Shown here in pieces: positions 51,400 through 61,500 of a DNA stretch of 64,000 bases (positions are counted from its first letter, which is position 1; each line of letters starts with the position of its first letter). The notes under the pieces were generated by a model that was not told the origin of the DNA, ran no database searches, and saw only the letters and a list, made by a program, of their open reading frames with translations. The stretch spans positions 1 to 64,000 of the forward strand of contig CBFFRP010000035.1 of the NCBI GenBank assembly GCA_965644295.1. Reading direction: 5' to 3'. The stretch is from Paraphysomonas bandaiensis. Its lineage: Eukaryota > Protista > Chrysophyceae. The position numbers and the translations under genes are program-made.

Positions 51400-51628
51400 C
51401 CTGGAATCTTCACCTCTACTTTCACGACAATTAAAAGGCAAAACTCAGTTACCTTCAGCCTGTAAAGGTGTGCAGTAATGTCGTATCTTGTATATTCCTG
51501 ATACTGTAATTACCTTCCTGTTGTTATAAATACACACAACACACAGCAGACTACGTCCAGCAGACTACGTCCAGCAGCCAACTCTCGAACTGAAAATGTA
51601 GTGTGTGGATGACGCAAAAAAAAAGTGG

Positions 51629-51729
51629 TGCGGGTTGTGAGGCTCGAACTCACGACCTCCGGATAGCTTATCGTCGTATTGATGATTTGATTATGAGACC
51701 GACGCTCTAGCCAACTGAGCTAAACCCGC
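51629..51729 (-). tRNA. tRNA-Met(CAT), elongator type, with ~27-nt canonical intron
   Basis: GCGGGTT/AACCCGC acceptor stem, TAGCTCAGTTGG A box, CTCATA anticodon loop + intron, GTTCGAGCC B box, followed by CCA and a T9 Pol III terminator. Confidence 0.95.
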
Positions 51730-51905
51730 TACCTTTGATACAGATGCAATTAAATTTGTATTATATATATTCATATTCAATATTCCTGAATATATCTCCT
51801 GTAGTCACCATCTTATAGATATATTCCTGTTAATAACACTGTTACCAGACCCCCTTCATTGGAAGGAACAGCGTGCTGCTATCACTGCCTACTCTATTCA
51901 ACAGT

Positions 51906-54326
51906 ATGATAGTATCATTGACTCTCGATAAAGCATCTATCGACTCCATAGTTAAGAATGGTGTAGCATATGGGACATGTCTCGTGTTCGCTTTAACTGT
52001 TGGAGGTTACATGTGCAGTGGAGCAATGCACTCTCCACTCTATACATTATTCGGTATTGGTAAGCCCAGAACTAGAGTATCAGGCTTTGTCAAGCCCGGA
52101 TATGAATGTGTATGTATTGTTGAAGGTCACAATACGCAGTCCTGATGTGTGTGTTCAGGTGAAGGCCGAATTCGAGAAAATTCTTAATGACGGGATGGAA
52201 GATAAGGCACAAGCCTGTGCATTTGTGGGTGGTGAAGTTGTTGTTGACCTGGTAGGAGTTGTAGACATGGATAAGGCTCAGCATCCATCTGAGGACCATA
52301 TATACTCACACCAGTCTATTCAAAATGTCTTTTCGTCTACCAAGGCCCTCACTTCAATAGGTATATACCTGCTGCTATTCACAGTTCATAACTGTTTATT
52401 GTTTTTCTTTAAGTGGTGGCAATGTTGGTTGATAAAGGACACCTAAAGTATGATATGAGAGTGTGTGACGTTTGGCCAGGTGTGATTTGTCTCTGCATGC
52501 GTTACGCCACAGAAGATTCATATCACGTGGTATCGTGTAATGGTTCACTTTAATCACTATTCGTAGAATTTTCCCAGCAAGGAAAACACGTTATTACCGT
52601 GGAAGATCTGTTGAAGCACGAAGCTGGCCTTCAGAAGTTTGGCTTTTCTATTCCAGGTTACAGTGTGATATTGGTATAGCAGTCATGACATGACATGGTT
52701 AACCTCGTTTTACAGCTAAAGATCTTCATAGAAAAGCTCTCAAACAGAATTCTGTTAGTAGTTTAATTGCAGGTGTATATATATATGTCTCGTGTAAATT
52801 CCTTTTGATTGAGTTTATCAACGTGGTGCAGAAAGCTCCTCAACTCGCAGCGATCAGGCTTCTGCGGATGCACAGAGAATGTACCATTATCTAACACGAG
52901 ACATCATCGTTAATGAGGTGGTTATGCGTGCGGATCCACAGGGCAGGACTGTTGGTGAGATCATCAGAGATGACATTGCTGGCCCACTAGGATTACGTGA
53001 CCAGGTTCACCAATTGTTATTCAGCTATTTTTTTGACCCGAGTAGTATTTTCCTTGTACTTAATAGTATTTATAGTTGACCCTGGGTGAAGAGACTGTGA
53101 TTCACAAGAAAAATGTATTTCCCCTTGTCAAGAATCGACCTCTCTGGGTGTTGATGCAAATGTGTAATTTCATCACTGGGAAGCTTAAAGCGCTTCACTG
53201 TGTGATACATTTATTCCTGTTGAATGTATGTGGTTGTGGTAAATAGTCATAATTGCTTATGATGCACATTAGCTGCGCTTGCTATTGTTGCTGAAGTTCA
53301 TTGCTACTTGTTATTGTTATACTTCATGAGCACATCATTGCGTGTGAATGCTAAGTTCACTGTTTGTACTAATCTACTTTGTCATGTTCATTTTATCTTA
53401 AAAACAGTTGTAGGCTCCGATGGTGTACGGGATTGCCCAGTTCCTGTATGGCCCCAATTATGCGAAACCGTCGATAGTGTTAGGTAAGACCACGTGATTA
53501 TCATTTTGTTGTGACGTAGCTACGCCTCTCCGAATTAATGCAATGATGAAATTTATTTCCTAACATACAAGTACAAAACTGGATGCTGCATGGGCAACAA
53601 TATGTTCCGAATTCTACACAACTTGTAAATTATAGATGTCCTATTTACGTGAAGTTTTCTTTGTCAGGTGATGGCCATCCTGACCATATGTTTATTGGGG
53701 ACCTTTTCAATCATGATCATATCAGAGAAGCAGAGGTATGCACTGCAGCTGTTGCAAGAGAAGATAATGTGTAGATATTAATGTGTATTTCATCGATATG
53801 ATAACACACTGCCAATAATAATTTATGTGTCAGGTGCCCAGTGCGAATGGTCATGCCTCTGCATTTGCCCTTGCGAAGACTGCGTCGGTGATGTCAGCAG
53901 GTGGATCCGCTCATGGAGTGCAACTTCTCTCCCCGACTACATACCGGGATGCCACAGGGAATATCACCGATAAATACGATAAAAGCCTTCTCAGCAGTAC
54001 TAGGTTCACGAGAGGGGGGTGGGCTGTGTTTGATACCTCATTTGCGCACTATCGACATGGGAGCATAGGATGGTTTGGAATAGGTGGTAGCGCTATGATG
54101 TGGCATAGGTACGAAACTTGTGTTGTGAGTGTATATTATCAAAGTTTTGTTGGTATTACAATGACTGTGTTGTCGTTTCTGTTATAGAGACCTTGACATC
54201 GGATTTGGGTATGCGGGCACGTTATTGAGTGCTGATGTAGGGAACAAACACTCTGCACTCATACAGAATGCTGTCATTTCTGCAGCCATGAAATTAAAGT
54301 CATCTACTGACAGGAATGCAGTTTGA
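51906..54326 (+). CDS. Beta-lactamase-related serine hydrolase (family VIII esterase/class C-like), multi-exon
   Basis: VVDLVG, VFSSTKALTS (SxxK), DVWPEF, LLKHEAGL, YHYLT, PSANGHASAFALA, GWFGIGGS; N-terminal TM; about 10 short introns. Confidence 0.88.
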
Positions 54327-54654
54327 TTTTATAGTTTATAAAAGTAGTATAGAGTGCGTAATGCATTGCGTATGGTGGCTTGTATCTTACTTAAATATAG
54401 TTGAGTCTGTGTAAAGATATATACAGTATTTAGTATTTCCAAGTTACCTGCAGAATATACTTGTACTTATATGTAATCGCGTACGAGTATCTCTTACATA
54501 CAACGATCCAAGTTCAATTATACTAGTGTAGCGTTTTACAACAATTTCATATTTACAATGTAAATATACATATATACACACAACAAACATTATATAAGAA
54601 GATGCGCTCTCTTAGACAGGGCCCTCAACAAAGCCGGACTCGCACCTTTTCGTG

Positions 54655-54745
54655 GTTGTCTACATTAGTTTTCTACATTGTTTTCTACGTAATTGTTTTC
54701 TACATTAGTTCTGACTCTTACATGCCTATTGCTGTAAGTGACATT
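54655..54745 (+). repeat. Short tandem TTCTACATT(A)G array plus segment shared with 21632-21690
   Basis: Four TCTAC(A/G)T units followed by TTCTGACTCTTACA.GCCTATT. Confidence 0.6.
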
Positions 54746-55117
54746 TTTAAGTGACAGCATAGATGAAATTATGAGGAACTGAACATTATGGTATCCACTT
54801 CACACTCCCCAAGAGTTTAAGAATCTACAAGGTGTAATATCAGTATTTCTTTGATATATGAGAATTCAAATTTAGTAAATCTTATTGCTTGTTAGTCTGC
54901 TACTAAAGTATTTCGTAAGTCTCCATCAAGATCGTATAGTTAGGTTGCCGTAATATTTATGAAAATTACTCAACACCTCAAGCAGTTGTCGCCATATATA
55001 TTGACAATATAGAACAGAAAACTGTCTATCACACAATTTTTCATCAGTGAAAAATCATTTGCTATTGAAACACCATATGTACATAAAATACTCTTCTCGT
55101 AGTATTCACAGTGGTTG

Positions 55118-57935
55118 CTAGACCAATGAGTCGATATCTGCTACGTCATTCATCTGCACGCCTTTCAAGCAATCAATTACGTAATTTTCGTCCTGCACTG
55201 CTGCACAACTGGAGTATTCGGAGTCATCATCTAGGTGATGATTTATTTTACTAGTATTTGAGTATTCAGAACTGGCTTCACTGCATATACTTAGGTCTTT
55301 ACGCAAATTCGTTGTGATATGAACTGCAGATGATATTGGACGCGATTTCAATAAAACTGAAATTGCGAATGAGATATGATATACAAATTGACAAAAAATC
55401 CTACCAGTAGATAATATCTTCAGTATTGCATCCAGAGTGCAGGGTTTTATAATTACATCGTCAGCACCAGATGCAATGAATCGAGCCCGTTCTTCAGGCA
55501 TTGCATTTCCAGTCAAGAATACGATAAATCCAGTGAAGCCTAATTTTCTTATACGAGATGTAGCTTCTGCGCCACCCATTTCAGGCATTGTAGCATCCAT
55601 CACAATAACATCGAAGGGACAATTCATATCAATAGACTCTTGCACCTTCGCTACGGCAATGAGGCCGTTCTCCGCCTGGACCTTTTCAATAACTCTGTTT
55701 CCAAGTAGCCGACAGACCATCTTTCTGCTCACCGCAGAGTCATCTACCACTAATACTCTTTTGACCTTGGGCTGCGATGAACCTTGCGGAATGCTACCTT
55801 GATGCAATAAAGTCGATTGTTCAATGCTCACATCTGCCACGCGAGTACGAAGGGATATCTCATCCGCAGTAGCACCTGTTTTCTGCAATGTGTCATTATG
55901 AGAAGCCAGACGAATCTCGAAAAAAAACATCGACCCCATTCCCAGCTCAGACATGACACCCATTCTTCCTGCATGCAGTTCAATAATTCCTTTAGAAACT
56001 ACAGGAAAACGTTCAGACTTAGAATTTGGAATTTATTTATAACTATATACTTACTCCAGAGCCCCAGACCAGAGCCACCACCATTGTGAAGATGGGATTG
56101 ACCGAAGTGAACAATATCCTTGAAGAGGCGTTTCCTGTCCTCCTGGGAAACATGAGTATAAAATATTAGCGAAGTTTACTAGCGCAATGTAATTCGCTAC
56201 AATGCGTATGTAAGATATTTAGTACTACAAATAAGAGCAATGAACACAAATCCCACAGATGCTTAGATCGTCATTATTTCGGTTATTAGCTGCATACTAT
56301 ATACAGCATGTAGTAATATTACCTCTTTTATACCCACACCGCTGTCATGTACTTCAACTCGTAATACACAGTCCTTCAAATCTGCCACAGTGAAAGTATT
56401 TGAATCAGCTGAATCTCGAGATAAAACATATTCCCTAGAGGCTCTTAAAGTTTCAGGGCGGACCATAGTCTTCGATTGAAAGGAGAATATCGGAGCTGAC
56501 GGGGTGGCTTTCGGAGCTAAAAAAGCGTATACATCGACATTGTCTCCAGACGACGTGAATTTGAGAGCGTTAGAAATTAGGTTTCTAAGTACTTGACTTA
56601 TCTTTTTCACATCCACATTCAGCATTACATTAAGATGGCGGAGAGTTGGGTCGATATGGGTGTCGCCACTGTGAACATAGTTTACACCTTGTTGTCGTGC
56701 CTAGTAAAAAATATTCATTAAACTACCCACACCATATTTCCATGAGATATATATTAGCACCTGGACATCAAACGGGGCGGTAACAGATTCAATAAGATCC
56801 ACGGCAAGTATTTCCGTTATATTTAATGAAAGATTTCCAGCTTCTATACGATTCGCCATCAGGAACTCGTTCAAAATATCGATAGCTACTCGGCATGATG
56901 AATTAATATCTTCAAGGATATTTTTCACATCATCTCCTTCAGAGGGGATAGAGCTGTACTCTTTGTATAAAAGTTGGATACCCATGTATATGGTATTTAA
57001 TGGCGTGCGAATCTCATGGGACATGTAGCTCACGAAATCTCTTTTTGAATTGATCATGTGCTATTATAACATGTTACGCACATACTGACAACGCACATAT
57101 GAGTACTCACTTCAGCAAGAGACTTTTCATGCCTTGCTTGTCTTCCTGGAATTGTGGTGGCTAATATGCATATCAGAATATCCGATATACCGATATACGT
57201 TATGTCTGCCACAGAGACAATCACCAGACACTTCAATATGTAATTTATAACATAAAGAGTGGCGTAAACGGTTTTGTACACACATGACTCCTCTTTACGC
57301 TTAGCTTCAAAATACCTCTGGACGAGCATAGCTATTACTATTGTGGTAGATACGCCATCTACGAACCGGGCAAAGATTACCCAAACAGGATGAATCACAG
57401 ATTCAGCAAACCCTTCCCATAACGTGGTCTGCATTGCAAACGCGCTCATAAACCCAACACACGAAACCGCGCATGCCGTGTCCCTTGAACACCCATCATG
57501 CAACAGAAAACTTAATAGAGTGCCTCTCAACAAAGTTTCACGCATGGCCACACTGCACACCGCAATAGCAACAGACCCCTCACTCAAGCTATCCAGTGCA
57601 ATATATGCCACTATATTCGGCACAGTGAGTGCCAATACAATAAACCAACGAGGTATTAGAGATCTAACAGGAAGTTGGTAATCTAGAACAGTGTCTAAAG
57701 ACATTGGTAAGGAAGTGGACACAGCTACAATTAGGGTCAATCTATAAAATGACCAATACTGCTCCTCCGATGGGCGAAAGTTATGAATATCTCCACTGAA
57801 GACACCTCTGGAAAAAAATGGAATGAAACAACACAAACTCGCAAATAAAGTGAAAATGAGAAAAGCTTCACTAGGACGACAAGTGTATATCAACCTCATG
57901 GCACGAGTGGTTTTATCTGTCATTCTTCTGTTCAT
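55118..57935 (-). CDS. Membrane-bound hybrid histidine kinase (multi-TM sensor + HisKA + HATPase_c + receiver)
   Basis: H-box FVSYMSHEIRTPLN; N-box QVLRNLISNALKFT; G1 DSGVGI; G2 GGGSGLGL; receiver VLVVDDS..VMDATMPEMGG..LTGN..IIKP; ~7 hydrophobic N-terminal segments; short introns. Confidence 0.95.
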
Positions 57936-58569
57936 TGGACTGACACTGCCTCAACTATACACTAACTCAACTGACAATGCATATCACTGTGTGTTTATGA
58001 ATGTAAAGGGTATTGGAAGAGGAGAAAGTGCTCTTCTCGCTCTAGATGGTGAGATGGAGAGCCATAGAGTTCCACACAAGACCAACAAGTAAGTGACTAT
58101 GTTACTATGTCATCGCACTGAAGCAAGCCGTAATATTTCCACCAATGATATCAGCTCCCAGTTAAATAAAATAATTTGATTCGTGAATACTCCACAGCCT
58201 GTCTATCTGTAATCACTACAATGTAGTTTGGTGCGTATACGTACCGGTATACCATATTCTGAACAAGATATGTCATGATGTGTGCTGCTCCTGCTGTACA
58301 TATACTCTACGTACATGTGTATACCGGTCGGTATGTCTGCCGAAGTTTGGAATTCTGTTGCAAGATTTTCCTCATCGAACTCCATTTTGAGTCCAACACA
58401 CACATACGTACATACATATATATATATATCTAGACCCCGCCCGCTATCTTTCATTGATATCAATGTACTGGACTTTTATGGATACTTTTGTGTGACTTAT
58501 GATTGAGTGAAGTGGAAATTGAGATTGATTTTAATTTAAGTTGAACGTGAGACACTTCTCGACAGCCAT

Positions 58570-61500
58570 ATGAATATATTGACTCTATCGCTCCTGTCAG
58601 TGATACACGTCATCTTCTTTCTTGCCTTAGGTGTACATTCTTCGCCCTATAGCGATAAGGAGGATAATTTTTTGTGTGAATTTATCTCTGCATCTAATGT
58701 AAACTCCAAAGCTGCAAGTTGGGTATGCGTTGACGTAGCCGACAAATGTAACTGGCTGGGCATAACATGTGAGAGTACGTTCATAACAAATATAGATCTC
58801 GATGCTTTGAGTATAACTGGAACCTTACCCTCCAGTATTGGACTTCTTACAAAGTTAACTTATTTAAAGCTGAGGAAAAATCGTATCAGTGGAACTTTAC
58901 CCAGTACTATTGGAAATTTAGCCAAGCTTGAACACTTTCAAATCCAGGAAAATTCGTTCAGTCAGAGTTTTCCGGATGTATTTTCTTCTTTGACATCTCT
59001 GCGAAAGATATATATACAGAAGAACCAATTCAATGGAAGTTTGCCTGAGTCCTTGGGTAATTTGAACTTAGAATTCATCGGATTTCATAGTAACTTGTTT
59101 ACGGGCACCCTTCCGTCATATATTGGTGGAATGTCCGCTTTAACGGGACTATCGATTAATGATAACCAGTTTACGGGACCGCTTCCATCAGAACTTGTGG
59201 GTTTGACACATTTAAGCTCTATTACCATACACAGAAATTTATTTAATGGGTCTATTCCTAATATATTCGTGCATATGTCAAAAATGACGGAGTTATCATT
59301 ACATGATAATTTTTTTTCTGACGATTTACCATCGTCAATCGGTATGCTGTCGTCACTAGTTGATCTGCAGGCACAATCAAATTCTATAACTGGTGTTCCA
59401 TCTTCTGTGAGCGCGTTAAGTACATTGACTCTACTGAGATTGGATGAAAACCCGCTGAGTGGTAGCGCTGTGCTAGATAATATCTTATCCATAACAAGCC
59501 TCGAGCACTTGGAGTTGAGTGATGCAACTTTGGGACCTACACTTCCCTCTTCTGTTGGAAATTTAAGTAGACTTGTTCACCTTGAAATGGGGTCATGTGG
59601 ATTTAACACTCCACTTCCCCACGAACTGACCCAGCTGAGTATTCTGTCGACTCTAGATTTCAGTGGAAATGATTTCACAGGCGCAGTCCCTGCAGGACTT
59701 TGGCAACTCGACAACCTTGTACACTTGTCTTTAAATTGGAATGAAGTTGAAGGTACCATTCCTACCTCTGTTGGGTCGTTAGGGAAGCTGACGGAGCTTG
59801 CCCTGTCTGGAAATAGTTTTCATGGCATCCTCCCAACGGAAATGGGTGATCTGAGCAATCTTCATGTACTTCACATTGAGCAGAACAGTTTTACTGGGCC
59901 GATACCGTCATTTTTTGGCCAATATGCTAAGTTATCTCAACTTGAAATGAATGAGAATGTATTTTCTGGTTCCATCCCGTCATCGATGGGAACACTAAGC
60001 AACCTTGTTACAGTCATGATGTATTCTAATTCTCTCACAGGATCTGTTCCAAGCGGCTTTGGTGAAATGAGTAAACTTCGGTTTTTACATCTTCAAGGAA
60101 ATAATTTGAATGGTATATTTCCCAGTGAAATATGTAACCTTGGGTCGCTATCCGAATTTTTCCTTGTGGACAGCACCTCCAATATGTGTAATTTACCACC
60201 AACTGCTATTCCAACTTCTATACCATCTCATCGTCCCAGTAGCGATCCCACTGGACAGCCTACTAATGTTCCTACGGGATCTCCTACTACATCGATGCCT
60301 ACAGATGTACCCTCTTATGTTCCTACAGGATCTCCAACTACATCGAAACCAACTGGCCAGCCTTCTTGTGTTCCTACAGGATCTCCTACTACATCGATTC
60401 CAACTGGTCAGCCTTCTTCTGTTCCTACGGGATCTCCTACTACATCTAAACCAACTGGCCTACCTTCTTCTGTTCCTACAGGATCTCCTACTACATCGAT
60501 ACCAACTGGTCAGCCCACCAATGTTCCTACAGGATCTCCTACTACATCGAAACCAACTGGTCAGCCTTCTTCTGTTCCTACGGGATCTCCTACTACATCG
60601 AAACCAACTGGTCAGCCTTCTTCTGTTCCTACGGGATATCCTACTACATCGATACCAACTGGTCAGCCCACCACTGTTCCTACGGGATCTCCTACTACAT
60701 CGAAACCAACTGGTCAACCTTCTTCTGTTCCTACAGGATCTCCTACTACATCGATACCAACTGGTCAGCCCACCAATGTTCCTACAGGATCTCCTACTAC
60801 ATCGAAACCAACTGGTCAGCCTTCTTCTGTTCCTACGGGATCTCCTACTACATCGATACCAACTGGTCAGCCCACCAATGTTCCTACGGGATATCCTACT
60901 ACATCGATACCAACTGGTCAGCCCACCACTGTTCCTACAGGATCTCCTACTACATCGAAACCAACTGGTCAACCTTCTTCTGTTCCTACGGGATCTCCTA
61001 CTACATCTAAACCAACTGGCCAACCTTCTTCTGATCCTACAGGATCTCCTACTACATCGAAACCAACTGGTCAGCCTTCTTCTGTTCCTACGGGATCTCC
61101 TACTACATCAGAACCAACTGGTCAGCCCTCATCTGTTCCTACGGGATCTCCTACTACATCAGAACCAACTGGTCAGCCTTCTTCTGTTCCTACGGGATCT
61201 CCTACTACATCGATACCAACTGGTCAGCCCACCAATGTTCCTACGGGATATCCTACTACATCGATACCAACTGGTCAGCCTTCTTCTGTTCCTACAGGAT
61301 CTCCTACTACATCAAAACCAACTGGTCAGCCTTCTTCTGTTCCTACGGGATCTCCTACTACATCGATACCAACTGGTCAGCCCACCAATGTTCCTACGGG
61401 ATATCCTACTACATCGATACCAACTGGTCAGCCTTCTTATGTTCCTACAGGATATCCAACTACATCGAAACCTACAGATGGACCCTCTTATATTCCTACA

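Noticed and set aside
51906-54326. Antibiotic-resistance gene or recent bacterial transfer
   Set aside because: Intron-rich and of the esterase-like SxxK family common in eukaryotes; no evidence of beta-lactamase activity or recent transfer
57110-57935. Histidine-kinase rhodopsin
   Set aside because: No DxxxK retinal-binding lysine in the last helix and no RYxDW motif
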